Below, in pieces: positions 32,890-43,207 of a DNA stretch of 64,000 nt. The notes beneath the pieces were generated by a model. It was given only the letters and a program-made list of their open reading frames with translations. It ran no database searches and was not told where the DNA came from. The stretch is taken from contig CAWGRK010000007.1 in assembly GCA_963824995.1 (NCBI GenBank), positions 1 to 64,000 on the forward strand, read 5' to 3'. How positions within the stretch are numbered: the first letter of the stretch is position 1; every line of letters begins with the position of its first letter. The position numbers and the translations under genes are program-made. This DNA comes from an uncultured Actinomycetes bacterium. GTDB lineage: Bacteria; Actinomycetota; Acidimicrobiia; Spongiisociales; DATADW01.

Positions 32890-33864
32890 GTAGATCGGGG
32901 TCCCGACACGTCGAATCACGCCGCCGGTCTCGATCTGGGGGGTACAAAACTCGCCGCCGCTCGAGTCGGCCCGGAGGGCGATGCCCACTACAGGCAGTTG
33001 GTACCCGCGCCTGCAGACGCCGATGCCGCGGTGAACGAGATGGTCAGACAGGTCGAAAGGCTTTCGGGTCCCGAGACGGAGGGTTCTGGGATGCCCGTGG
33101 TCGCGGTGGGAGTGGGCGTCGCCGGACTGGTGAGATACCCCAGCACACTGGTGTGGGGGCCGCACACTCCGGGGATCGAACTCGATCTGGGCACGTCGCT
33201 GAGCGAGCGGCTGTCGATGCCGGTCGTGGTTGACAACGACGCCAATTTCGCCGCCCACGCCGAGGCGCTGGTCGGAGCGGCGCGTGGATACTCGAAGGTC
33301 CTCATGGTCACGATGGGCACCGGGATCGGCGGCGGAATCTGGATCGACGGCAACGTCTACCGGGGCCGGGGTTTTGCCGGTGAGATCGGCCATATCAGGC
33401 TTGTACCCGACGGGTCGCCGTGCGCCTGCGGCCAACGGGGCTGCTGGGAGACGGTTTGCTCCGGTAGAAGGCTCGACGAGCTTGCGGCCGGTCTCGCCGC
33501 CGCCGAGCCCTCGGGGAAAGTGGCGGCGCTGGCCGGTGACGGACGGGCGTCCGGCAGGCACCTGACCGAGGCGGCACAGCAGGGGGATCCGGATGCGCTC
33601 AGCGCCGTCGAGGGAGTTGCCCGATGGCTGGCATTGGGGATTGCCAACCTCGTGGCCGTCCTCGATCCAGAAGTGGTCGTCGTCGGTGGCGGCATCGTCG
33701 GGGGGTTGGAGGTTCTCCTTTCGCTCTGCCGGCCGGCAATGGCGGAGTTGCTCGAGGGATCGAATCACCGACCGCCTACCCCGATCGTCGCCGCCGCCCT
33801 CGGACAGGACGCCGGTCTGATCGGTGCAGGGTTGGCGGCGTTGGATGCATTTGCTGTCCGCTGA
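32890..33864 (+). CDS. ROK family sugar kinase (glucokinase-like); start codon uncertain
   Basis: GLDLGGTK lies in frame upstream of the tracked ORF; DNDAN, GTGIGGG, GEIGH, CACGQRGCWE. Confidence 0.88.
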   Translation, partial: VDRGPDTSNHAAGLDLGGTKLAAARVGPEGDAHYRQLVPAPADADAAVNEMVRQVERLSGPETEGSGMPVVAVGVGVAGLVRYPSTLVWGPHTPGIELDLGTSLSERLSMPVVVDNDANFAAHAEALVGAARGYSKVLMVTMGTGIGGGIWIDGNVYRGRGFAGEIGHIRLVPDGSPCACGQRGCWETVCSGRRLDELAAGLAAAEPSGKVAALAGDGRASGRHLTEAAQQGDPDALSAVEGVARWLALGIANLVAVLDPEVVVVGGGIVGGLEVLLSLCRPAMAELLEGSNHRPPTPIVAAALGQDAGLIGAGLAALDAFAVR

Positions 33865-33899
33865 ACACGTTGGCCGCCGATCGGCGATATGGTGATCCT

Positions 33900-34316
33900 G
33901 TGACAGAGGCGATCCAGCCAGACAAGGTCATCAGCCCTAGCGACCAGCGCGCTTTCGTCGACGCCCTCGCCGAGGGCGCCATGCTCGTCCCGCGTATCGG
34001 TTTGCTTCTGGCGCGGTTGTTGAGAGATCCCCGGGTGCCTCCGTCCCGCAAGTTGCTCCTTGGCGGCACCGTGATCTATCTGGTGTCGCCCGTGGACCTG
34101 TTCCCCGAGATGCTCCCGATTCTGGGCTGGGCCGATGATGCCCTCCTCATCGCGTTCGCGATGGGCCGGATGCTCACCTCGGTACCGGATGATGTGATTG
34201 CGGAGCACTGGTCCGGCCCTCCCGAGTCGCTCGAATCGGTGCGCAAGGTCCTCGACTTCGCAACCGACCTCATCCCGACACCGGTACGCAACCTGTTGGA
34301 CAAGTTCGCCAGGTGA
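33900..34316 (+). CDS. YkvA/DUF1232 family membrane protein
   Basis: DPRVP..RK...YLVSPVDLFPEMLPILGWADD. Confidence 0.85.
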   Translation: MTEAIQPDKVISPSDQRAFVDALAEGAMLVPRIGLLLARLLRDPRVPPSRKLLLGGTVIYLVSPVDLFPEMLPILGWADDALLIAFAMGRMLTSVPDDVIAEHWSGPPESLESVRKVLDFATDLIPTPVRNLLDKFAR

Positions 34317-35137
34317 CCCCGGCCGTCTCGGTCACCCTCCCGCAGTTCCACCAGGAGGGGATCCCCATCATCGACGCCGCCAGGCGCGCCGAGTCGATCG
34401 GGTTCACCGGTGTGTTCCTCTTCGACCACCTCTTCCCGCTCGACGGCCCGAAACGGCCGGTGGTAGAGCTCTTCTCCGCAATGGGGGCGGTGGCGGCGGC
34501 GACCTCGAAACTCCGGGTCGGCTCGCTGGTGGCGCGGGCGACCACCCGTTCACCCGAAGCAACCGCCTCGGGGGTTGGCGCGGTGCAGGCAGTTTCCGGC
34601 GACAGAGTGGTGGCCGGACTGGGGGCAGGAGACAAGCAGTCCCAAGACGAGATGGAGGCCTACGGGCTTCCTTATCCTCCCCTCTCCGAGCGGCTCAAGA
34701 CGTTGCGGGCAACGATCGGGGCCATAAAGCGCCTCGATGAGGGAGGGTTGACCCCACCGCCGGTGTGGGTTGGTGGCCGTCACGAGAAAGTTCGCGAGGT
34801 GGCGGCCGAACTGGCCGACGGCTGGAATGCCTGGGGCGGCGACCCCTCTCGTTTCTCCGAGGAGGCCGCCGAAGTGCGCCACGCCGCGGATCGGCCGATC
34901 ACCATCAGTTGGGGTGGCGCGGTCTTCATCGCCTCCGATGACGCCGAATTGAGCGCTTTCGTGGAGAACCGCGGGGGAAGCCACGGGATCATTGCCGGGA
35001 TGCCCGAAGAGGTTGCGAGCGCTCTCGGCGGGTTCCTCGAAGGCGGTGCCGACGAACTGGTGCTCTCGCTCCTCCCAAGCAGCGAGCCATATCCCACCTG
35101 GGAGCTGTTCGTGGAAGAGGTCTGGCCGCTCCTCTAA
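34313..35137 (+). CDS. LLM-class flavin-dependent oxidoreductase
   Basis: AESIGFTGVFLFDH, GSLV, PVWVGG, ADGWN. Confidence 0.82.
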   Translation: MTPAVSVTLPQFHQEGIPIIDAARRAESIGFTGVFLFDHLFPLDGPKRPVVELFSAMGAVAAATSKLRVGSLVARATTRSPEATASGVGAVQAVSGDRVVAGLGAGDKQSQDEMEAYGLPYPPLSERLKTLRATIGAIKRLDEGGLTPPPVWVGGRHEKVREVAAELADGWNAWGGDPSRFSEEAAEVRHAADRPITISWGGAVFIASDDAELSAFVENRGGSHGIIAGMPEEVASALGGFLEGGADELVLSLLPSSEPYPTWELFVEEVWPLL

Positions 35138-35185
35138 GACGGCGGACGGCGGACGGCGGACGGCAGTTAGAAGAGGCGGACGGGG
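35138..35185 (+). repeat. Family A heptamer array
   Basis: GACGGCG x3 + GACGGCA directly after the TAA at 35137. Confidence 0.9.
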
Positions 35186-35278
35186 TGGGTCGGGGGACAG
35201 CTTGCGGATTGGGCATTTGCCGGACCCTGGGTGAGGTACCGTCAAGCGACCTTCCACGACCACCTACCACTTACCACC

Positions 35279-36475
35279 ATGGAATTTCGACGGATCGACG
35301 GGTTGCCGCCTTATGTGTTCGCTGCGGTGAACCAGCGCAAGTTGGAGGCGCGCCGCGCTGGTGACGACGTCATCGACCTCGGCTTTGGGAACCCCGACAT
35401 CCCAAGCGCCCCCTTCGTGGTGGACAAGCTGGTCGAGGCGGCCCGCAACCCACGCAACCATCGGTACTCCACCTCGCGCGGTCTCCCCAACCTGCGACGG
35501 GCGGTTGCCGAGCGCTACCGGCGCCGTTTCGGGGTTGACCTCGACCCCGACACCCAGGTGATCAGCACCATCGGTGCCAAGGAAGGCCTGGCTCACCTGA
35601 TGTGGACGCTGGTCCAGCCGGGGGACCTCGCCCTGGTTCCCGACCCGAGCTACCCGATCCACATCTATGCCCCGGTCCTGGCTGGGGCAGAGGTGCGCCG
35701 GGTTCCCCACTCGATCGACGCCGACTTCTTCTCCCGGATGGAGGAGGCATTCCTCGGCTCGTGGCCGCGGCCCCGGGTGATCCTCACCTCGTTCCCCCAC
35801 AATCCCACGACCGCCTGTGTTGAGCTCGAGTTCTTCGAGCGTCTCGTCGCTTTCGCCAAGGAGCACGAGGTGTTCCTCATCCACGATTTCGCCTATGCCG
35901 ACCTCGGGTTCGACGGTTACTCGCCACCGAGCCTCCTCCAGGCGGGTGGCGCAGACGTGGGCGTGGAGTTGTACACGCTCACCAAGGGCCATTCGATGCC
36001 TGGGTGGCGGGTCGGGTTCGTGGTGGGCAACGCCCGCATGGTCGAGGCGCTTGCCAAGCTGAAGTCCTATCTCGACTACGGCACCTTTCAACCCATACAG
36101 ATCGCATCGATCATCGCCCTCAACGAGGGGGACGGGTATGTGGATCAGGTGAATGAGGTCTATCGCAGCAGGCGAGATGCCCTGGTCGATGGGTTGGTGC
36201 GTGCCGGATGGCCCATCGAACGTCCCCGCGGGACCATGTTCGTTTGGGCGGAGATCCCCGAGCAGTACCGAGCGATGGGATCGCTCGACTTCACCTTCAA
36301 GCTGCTCGACGAGGCCAAGGTGGCGGTCAGCCCAGGAATCGGATTCGGCCCCGCCGGTGACGGGCATGTGCGGTTCGCCCTGGTCGAGAACGAGCACCGC
36401 ATCGGCCAAGCGGTCCGTGGGATCAAACGGGCCCTCGACGCTCTTCCCGCTGGAAATCGAGGGGTGGCGGTTTGA
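35279..36475 (+). CDS. PLP-dependent class I/II aminotransferase (AlaC-like)
   Basis: [41 protein letters not shown]. Confidence 0.9.
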   Translation: MEFRRIDGLPPYVFAAVNQRKLEARRAGDDVIDLGFGNPDIPSAPFVVDKLVEAARNPRNHRYSTSRGLPNLRRAVAERYRRRFGVDLDPDTQVISTIGAKEGLAHLMWTLVQPGDLALVPDPSYPIHIYAPVLAGAEVRRVPHSIDADFFSRMEEAFLGSWPRPRVILTSFPHNPTTACVELEFFERLVAFAKEHEVFLIHDFAYADLGFDGYSPPSLLQAGGADVGVELYTLTKGHSMPGWRVGFVVGNARMVEALAKLKSYLDYGTFQPIQIASIIALNEGDGYVDQVNEVYRSRRDALVDGLVRAGWPIERPRGTMFVWAEIPEQYRAMGSLDFTFKLLDEAKVAVSPGIGFGPAGDGHVRFALVENEHRIGQAVRGIKRALDALPAGNRGVAV

Positions 36476-36503
36476 CCGGTCTCGCCACAGGAGCGGCGTG
36501 ACG

Positions 36504-37483
36504 ATGGAGGCCATCCAGATCGCGGAACTTGGCGGACCTGAGGTACTTCATGCCGCCGAGTTGCCCGACCCAACCCCGCGGCCTGGTGAGGTTCTGGTCC
36601 GCTGTCGCCGCCGCCGGGCTCAACTACGTGGACACGTACCACCGGACGGGGCTGTATCCGCACCCGCTGCCGTTCATCCCGGGGCAGGAGGGGAGTGGCG
36701 TTGTCGAAAGCGTCGGTGCCGACGTCGCCGGCCTCGCTGTGGGTGACCGGGTGGCCTGGACGGATTGCCACGGCTCGTACGCCGAGCTCGTGTCGATCCC
36801 CGCAGACCGTGCCGTGCGGGTGCCTGACGAGGTCGGCCTGGAGACGGCGGCAGCGGCGATGCTCCAGGGAATTACGGCTCACTATCTGGTCAACGACACA
36901 TACCCGGTCCAGCCCGGCGATCGTTGTGCCCTCTATGCCGCGGCCGGGGGCGTGGGCTCCCTGCTGACCCAGTTGCTGCGCCTCAAGGAGGGCGAGAGCT
37001 TCGCAGTCGTCGGGACCGCGGAGAAAGCCGAGATGGCGAGGGCAGCCGGGGCCGACCACGTGATCGTCGGCGATGGCGACATCCTGGAACAGATCGAGTC
37101 CATCGCCGGCAAGCGTCAGATGGCGGTGGTGTACGACGGCGTGGGTGCAGCCACCTTCGAGACCAGCCTCCGTCTGTTGCGGAAGCGGGGGATGCTGGTC
37201 GCCTTCGGGAACGCCAGCGGCCCGGTTCCACCCATCGATATTCTCACCCTGTCCCGCAATGGCTCGCTGTTCCTGACCCGTCCCTCGCTCAACGACTACA
37301 TCGCCGAGCGTGCCGACCTGGAAAGGCGCGCCGCGGAGCTATTCGATTGGATCGGCTCGGGGCAGGTCGAGGTGACGATCGGCACCCGGTTCTCGTTGGC
37401 CGAGGCCGCAGAAGCGCAAAGGGCGCTGGAAGGTACGCCAGACGACTGGAAAGGTGCTGCTGATTCCGGAGTCGAGTACTTAG
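36504..37483 (+). CDS. NADPH:quinone oxidoreductase (zeta-crystallin/Qor family); apparent indels near 36600 and 37435
   Basis: MEAIQIAELGGPEVL, GLNYVDTYHRTG, AAAGGVG, YDGVG, GNASG; shifted tail TTGKVLLIP. Confidence 0.88.
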
Positions 37484-37728
37484 TACTTAGTACTTGGTAC
37501 TTAGACCGGACTCTCTACCTCCCGAAGCTCTCGACACGCCAGGTCGGCTCGTTCCTCGAAGTGCACGGGGTGGATAGGTGGCGAGGATGGACCATCGAGC
37601 TCTTCCTCAGTTTCCACCGCTGCTTGGCCCGTCCTGCTCGCTCTGGAGGAAGCCGTGAGTTCATCGGCTGGCCTGCGGCTGCCGTGTATTGATTTGCTAT
37701 GTACTAAGTACCAAGTACTAAGTACTTA
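37475..37728. repeat. Inverted pair of family B heptamer arrays (37475-37502 and 37701-37728) around a ~200-bp spacer
   Basis: (A/G)GTACTT x4 and GTAC(T/C)(A/T)A x4. Confidence 0.9.
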
Positions 37729-37752
37729 GACCCCATTCCCAATACGCTGCTC

Positions 37753-39880
37753 CTAGCTCCCCAACTTCAAGTAGGCCATTTCCGGCGTATTCCTTCACCA
37801 TGCGCTGGGTGGAGAAGGCTGCGAGGGTGGACTTCATCGAGCGCTTCATCAGTTCCACCCACTCCTGGGGAACCCCCTGCTCATCCCTTTGGTAGAAGAG
37901 CGGGACGATCTCGTCCTGGAGCAGACGGTAGAAGGCGATGGCGTCGGCGTTGTCCTGGGTGCCGTGGTCGTGGTTCTCTGACTCCGAGCCGAACGCCCAC
38001 CCGTTGTCGCCGTCGTACGCCTCGGCCCACCATCCGTCGAGCACCGAAGCGTTGATGGCGCCGTTGACGGCGGCCTTCATTCCCGACGTCCCGCTTGCCT
38101 CCTCGGGCGGGCGGGGGTTGTTGACCCAGACGTCCACCCCCTGGACCAGGAACCGGGCCATTCTGTGGTCGTAGTTCTCCATTATGTAGATGTGGCCGCG
38201 TAGCTCTGGGCTGCGTGACAGCTCGACGATGTGGCGGATGAAGTCCTGCCCGGGACGGTCGGCGGGATGAGCCTTACCGGCGTACACCACCTGCACCGGC
38301 CGGTCGGGGTTGGTGAGGATGGCCTGCAGCCAGGGCACGTTGTGGAACATCAACGTGGCTCGCTTGTAGGTGGCGAAGCGTCGGGCGAACCCGAGCGTGA
38401 GTCTCTCGGGGGGGAGCATCCGCTCCACCGAGCGAAGCTCGTCCGGGGAGCCGCCGTGCCGGGCCAGCTGGCGGCGGAACCGGCCCCTGGCGAAACGGGT
38501 GAATAGCTGTTTGCGGGCGAGATGCGATGCCCACAACTCGTCGTTTGGCATCTCGTCGATCGCCTCGACCTTCTCGGGGTGCTCGACGAGCAACGTCGGC
38601 CAGTCGGGCGCTATGTGGCTGGACAGCTCACGGTAGAGATCACGTCCTACCCAGGTTGGGCTATGAACCCCGTTGGTGACGGCGAGTGCGGGGCTGCTGA
38701 GGAGGTGGGACCAGTCCCGGGAGACTATCTCTGCATGGCGCTTCGATACGCCGTTGACCAGCGCAGCCAGCCTGATGGCCATTGCCCCCAAGTCGAAACG
38801 ACTGTGGTGGTCGTCACCGGTGGCACCGATCCGGGCGAGGTAGGACATGTCCGACTTGACCGAAGTTGCCCAGGGGGCGAGGTACTTCTCGGCGAGAGTG
38901 AACTCGAACACCTCGTTCCCCGCCGGGACCGGCGTGTGGAGGGTGAAGACGGTTCGCGACCTCACGTCCTTCTCGGCAACCTCGAGCGAGGCCCCGCCTT
39001 TGACGCCTACGGAGATCCTCTCCAGCAGGCTCATGGCGGCGTGGCCCTCGTTGACGTGCCACACCGCCGGCTCGATGCCCTGAGCGGCGAGGATGCGGAC
39101 CCCGCCTACACCGAGCACCAATTCCTGGCAGAAGCGCATTTCCCTGCCCCGGATGTAGAGGGTGTGGGTGATGGGGCGATCTGCGGGTTCGTTGTCCGGT
39201 ATGTCGGTGTCGAGGAGGATCACGGGGGCCCTTCCGACCTGGAGGCACCATGCCGCGGCCTGCACCGTCCGACCGGGGAACTCGATGGGGATCTTGCACT
39301 GCCCGCCGGTGCTGCTCGCCACGGGACGGATCGGCAGCCTGGTCATGTCGAGCTCGGGGTAGGTGTGCTGCTGCTCACCCTCGGAGTCCACCTCCTGCCG
39401 GAAATAGCCCCGTCTGTAGAGCAGTCCGACGGCGACGAAGGGCAACCCCAGGTCGGATGCAGCTTTGACGTGGTCGCCGGCGAGCACCCCCAGACCCCCC
39501 GAGTAGAAGGGGACCGAGGAGTGGACCCCGTACTCGGTGCACAGGTAGGCGATGGGGCCGGTCAGGTCCGACTCGTGGTGACGCTTCCACCAGGTGTCTG
39601 CACCCGCCATGTAGTTGTCGAACCGGCGGACGACCTCGTTGTAACGGTCGTTGAAGCTGTCGCTGCCTTCCAGCGCCTGCCAGGCACCGGGTTCGACGGC
39701 GCCGAGCAGTTCGATCGGGTTGTGGTACCTCTCCCAGGCAACCGAGTGGATGGCGGGCCACATGTTCCGGGCGGTCGGGTCCCACGCCCACCACAAGTTG
39801 TAGGCGAGTTCGTACAGCCTGCCGAAGGTGGGCGGGATGCGGATCTCGATCGGATTGAGGACTGGGACGGAGACGCTCAT
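37753..39880 (-). CDS. glgP: Alpha-glucan (glycogen/maltodextrin) phosphorylase; probable extra base near the 3' end
   Basis: LAYNLWWAW, YSGGLGVLAGDH, NEGH, FARRFATYKRA, EASGTSGMKA; corrected end EMAYLKLGS* (track ORF ends at 37718). Confidence 0.93.
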
Positions 39881-39944
39881 TGGATGGTTAGACCTTCTGA
39901 GGCGGGCATCAAAGGGTAATGCGACCCCTGTACCGTTCTCTCCA

Positions 39945-40982
39945 ATGGCATTCCCCGACGGCACGGCCGACTTCCGCTCCGACACGGTCACCCGCCCCAC
40001 CGAGGCAATGCGCCGCGCCATGGCGGCCGCCGACGTAGGCGATGACGTCTACTCCGAAGACCCCACCGTGGCCGCGCTGGAGGAGGAGGCGGCCCGCCTC
40101 GTGGGAAAGGAGGCGGCCGTCTACACCCCATCGGGAACCATGGGCAATCAGCTGGCCATCAACCTGCTCACTGCGCCGGGAACCGAGTTGGTGGCCGTGG
40201 ACGACGCCCATGTGCGCGACTACGAGCGGGCGGCGGCGTCGATGATCTCGGGGGTGGCCTTCCGCACTGTGGCCGCCAGAGGTGGCGTGATCAGCGTCGA
40301 TGCCCTCAGCGAGCTGCTGGTGGCGGCGGGGACCATCCGGCCGAGGATCTCGGCACTGGTGTGGGAAAACACCCACAACGCGTCGGGCGGTCGCGTGGTG
40401 CCGCTCGAGGCCATGGCGGCCACCACCGCTGTTGCCCGCAGCCACGGACTGGCGGTCCACCTCGACGGCGCCCGGTTGTTCAACGCGGTGGCGGCGTCCG
40501 GCATCCCTGCCGATCGTTATGCCGCCCTGGCCGACACCGTCCAGTTCTGCTTCTCCAAAGGGCTCGGCGCCCCGGTGGGCTCGATCCTCTGCGGGGAGGC
40601 GGCGGTCATCGCCGAGGCCCGATACCGGCGGCGCCAGCTGGGAGGTGGGATGCGACAGGCCGGGGTCATCGCAGCGGCGGCATTGGTGGCGCTTGGCGAC
40701 CGTCATCGACTGCACGAAGACCACGACCTCGCCCGCCGCCTGGTCGCCGGGCTCTCCCAGCGATTTCCAAAGGCGGTGGACGCCGAAGACGTGGAGACCA
40801 ACATGGTGATGGTGGACGATGCCGGGCTGCCCTGGGCGGCGGCCGAGGTGATCGACCTGTTGACCGACGCCAGGATCAGGGTCGGTCTGATCCGTCCGGG
40901 TGTGCTCCGATTTGTGACCCACCGCGATGTGGATGCGACAGACGTAGAGCGGGTGTTCGGGGTGCTGGACAAGGCCTCTTAG
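39945..40982 (+). CDS. ltaE: Low-specificity L-threonine aldolase
   Basis: DFRSDTVTRPT, SGTMGNQ, ENTHN, HLDGARLFNA, SKGLGAPVGS. Confidence 0.9.
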   Translation: MAFPDGTADFRSDTVTRPTEAMRRAMAAADVGDDVYSEDPTVAALEEEAARLVGKEAAVYTPSGTMGNQLAINLLTAPGTELVAVDDAHVRDYERAAASMISGVAFRTVAARGGVISVDALSELLVAAGTIRPRISALVWENTHNASGGRVVPLEAMAATTAVARSHGLAVHLDGARLFNAVAASGIPADRYAALADTVQFCFSKGLGAPVGSILCGEAAVIAEARYRRRQLGGGMRQAGVIAAAALVALGDRHRLHEDHDLARRLVAGLSQRFPKAVDAEDVETNMVMVDDAGLPWAAAEVIDLLTDARIRVGLIRPGVLRFVTHRDVDATDVERVFGVLDKAS

Positions 40983-40989
40983 GAGAGAG

Positions 40990-41065
40990 AGCGGAAGACG
41001 GAAGACAGAAGCAAGGGCCAGAGAGGCCAGGACGGCGGACGGCGGACGGCAGACGGCGGCCAGAA
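40990..41065 (+). repeat. Family A heptamer arrays
   Basis: GAC(G/A)GAA units then GACGGC(G/A) x4 right after the ltaE stop. Confidence 0.88.
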
Positions 41066-41154
41066 GAAGCCAGCGCTCCGTTGAGGAGCGGACCTACTCC
41101 GGCTCATCTCATGACCTACAGATAGCACCCGCACAAGCAAACGGAGCGAACGAG

Positions 41155-42225
41155 TTGCAGCCCAACAATGATCAATTCCGTGGGTGTTTGCTGTGGGGAG
41201 CCGTGGGTGACGCACTTGGTGCTCCGATCGAGTTCTGGTCGCTGTCCGAGATCCGATCGCGGTTTGGCCCGGATGGGGTCACCGGCTACGTCGGCGGCAC
41301 CGGCGCGGTCACCGACGACACACAGATGGCGCTGTTCACCGCCGAGGGGTTGATCCGGGCTTCGGTGCAACAACGCCTGGGCGGCGCCGCCGATCGCAAC
41401 GCGGTGGTCCACCATGCATATCTGCGTTGGCTCCACACCCAGGGCTACGACTGGTCGAGCATCGCCGCCCCCTCTGGGGAGAGCGGACCCGACGGGTGGC
41501 TGGTGGCAGAGAAGAGACTCCACCACAGGCGCGCCCCCGGCAACACCTGCCTATCGGCATTGAGATCCGGTACGGCGGGTTCGATCGACAGCCCTATCAA
41601 TGGTTCGAAGGGTTGCGGCGGGGTTATGCGCGCTGCGCCCGCAGCGTTGATGTACGCCGATCCGGCGGAGGCCTTTCAGGTGGGGAGCGACATCGCAGCC
41701 ATCACGCACGGCCATCCGAGCGGGTGGCTGTCGGCAGGGTTCCTGGCGGCCGTCATCGCGCATCTGCTCGACGGATCAGCGATCGACGAGGCGGTGGTGT
41801 TTACCAGGCCGTACCTGACCCCGCACAGGGGTCACGAGGAGACGCTTCGAGCCGTGGACCGGGCGGTGGCACTGGCGGAGCGGGGGACGCCTGACCCCGA
41901 GGAAATCGAGGGTCTGGGCGGAGCCTGGGTGGGGGAGGAGGCTCTGGCCATCGGGTTGTGCTGCGCTCTCGCCTTCCAGGATGCGCCGGCAGCCATCCTC
42001 GCATCGATCAATCATTCGGGCGACAGCGATTCGACCGGCATCGTTTGCGGGTCGCTCGTCGGCGTGATTGCCGGTGCCGATTCCCTCCCCGGTGCCTGGA
42101 CAGACCCACTCGATGTCGGCGATCTGGTGACCCAGATAGCCGACGACATGTGGCGTGAGCGGTTCGACCCACCTCCGGTGGTCGGCGGCTCACTGGAATG
42201 GTTGACCCGCTATCCCGGCCGCTGA
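41155..42225 (+). CDS. ADP-ribosylglycohydrolase family protein
   Basis: GAVGDALG, TDDTQM, GCGGVMR, THGHP, GDSDSTG. Confidence 0.9.
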   Translation: MQPNNDQFRGCLLWGAVGDALGAPIEFWSLSEIRSRFGPDGVTGYVGGTGAVTDDTQMALFTAEGLIRASVQQRLGGAADRNAVVHHAYLRWLHTQGYDWSSIAAPSGESGPDGWLVAEKRLHHRRAPGNTCLSALRSGTAGSIDSPINGSKGCGGVMRAAPAALMYADPAEAFQVGSDIAAITHGHPSGWLSAGFLAAVIAHLLDGSAIDEAVVFTRPYLTPHRGHEETLRAVDRAVALAERGTPDPEEIEGLGGAWVGEEALAIGLCCALAFQDAPAAILASINHSGDSDSTGIVCGSLVGVIAGADSLPGAWTDPLDVGDLVTQIADDMWRERFDPPPVVGGSLEWLTRYPGR

Positions 42226-42265
42226 CGGCGTAACCCGGGTCGCCGCGTCCCCGTCCAAACCCTCG

Positions 42266-43207
42266 ATGTCCTTCGGTGTCCTGTTCCCTGGTCAAGGGAG
42301 CCAGCACGTCGGGATGGGCGCAGACCTGTTCGAGGCGAGGCCGGACCTCCTCGGTGAGACCGCCGACGAGGCCCTCGGGTGGTCGCTGCGCAACGTCTGC
42401 CTGGAAGGGCCCGAGGAGTTGCTGACGAGCACCGACCGGGCGCAACCGGCGCTTTTCGCGCTCTCCTATGCCCTGTGGGACGAGGTTTCGGTCAGATTGG
42501 AGGGCACGCTCCCGCTCGGTGGCGCCGGTCACTCGCTCGGCGAGTACACCGCCCTCACCGCTGCCGGGGTGCTCGACTACCTGGATGCCCTGTCGCTGGT
42601 GGCGGCGCGGGGGCGCGCCATGGACGAAGCTGCGGGTGCGGAACCGTCGGCGATGGCGGCGCTTCTCGGGGTAGACGCCGAGGCCGCCGGACTGATCGCC
42701 GAGTCGGTTCGGTCCGACGGCGGGCGTTTGTGGGTGGCCAACATCAACGCGCCCGGTCAAGTAGTGCTGGCCGGTGGCGCCGACGACATCGCGATGCTCG
42801 TCGAGCGCGGCCGGGAGTTCGGTGCGCGGCGGGTCGTTCCGCTCAAGGTGGCAGGGGCGTTCCACTCACCCCTCATGGTGCCGGCGGTTGGTTCTCTGCA
42901 GGAGGCGCTGATGAGGGTGGACTTCGGACCTGGACGGTTCCCGGTGTGGTCGAACGTCACTGCCCGCCCGTTTCCAGCAGGGGAGGTGGCGGACCTGCTC
43001 GCTCAACAGGTCACGGCCCCGGTCAGGTTCTCGGCAATCCTCGAGGGGATGGCGGGGGCGGGGACGACACACTTCGTCCACGTCGGCCCGGGCGACGTCA
43101 CCGCTGCAATGGCAAAGAGGACGGTGCCGGGCGCAGAGGTGATGACGGTGAACTCGATGGCTGCAATCGACGAGACAGTGGAGCGGTTGAAGGCTTCGGT
43201 ACGATGA
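42266..43207 (+). CDS. fabD: Malonyl-CoA:ACP transacylase
   Basis: FPGQGSQ, GHSLGEY, GAFHS. Confidence 0.95.
   Translation: MSFGVLFPGQGSQHVGMGADLFEARPDLLGETADEALGWSLRNVCLEGPEELLTSTDRAQPALFALSYALWDEVSVRLEGTLPLGGAGHSLGEYTALTAAGVLDYLDALSLVAARGRAMDEAAGAEPSAMAALLGVDAEAAGLIAESVRSDGGRLWVANINAPGQVVLAGGADDIAMLVERGREFGARRVVPLKVAGAFHSPLMVPAVGSLQEALMRVDFGPGRFPVWSNVTARPFPAGEVADLLAQQVTAPVRFSAILEGMAGAGTTHFVHVGPGDVTAAMAKRTVPGAEVMTVNSMAAIDETVERLKASVR

Noticed and set aside
42379..43203. Long N-terminal extension of FabH (642-aa ORF)
   Set aside because: Overlaps fabD in another frame; real start is the ATGA-coupled ATG at 43204
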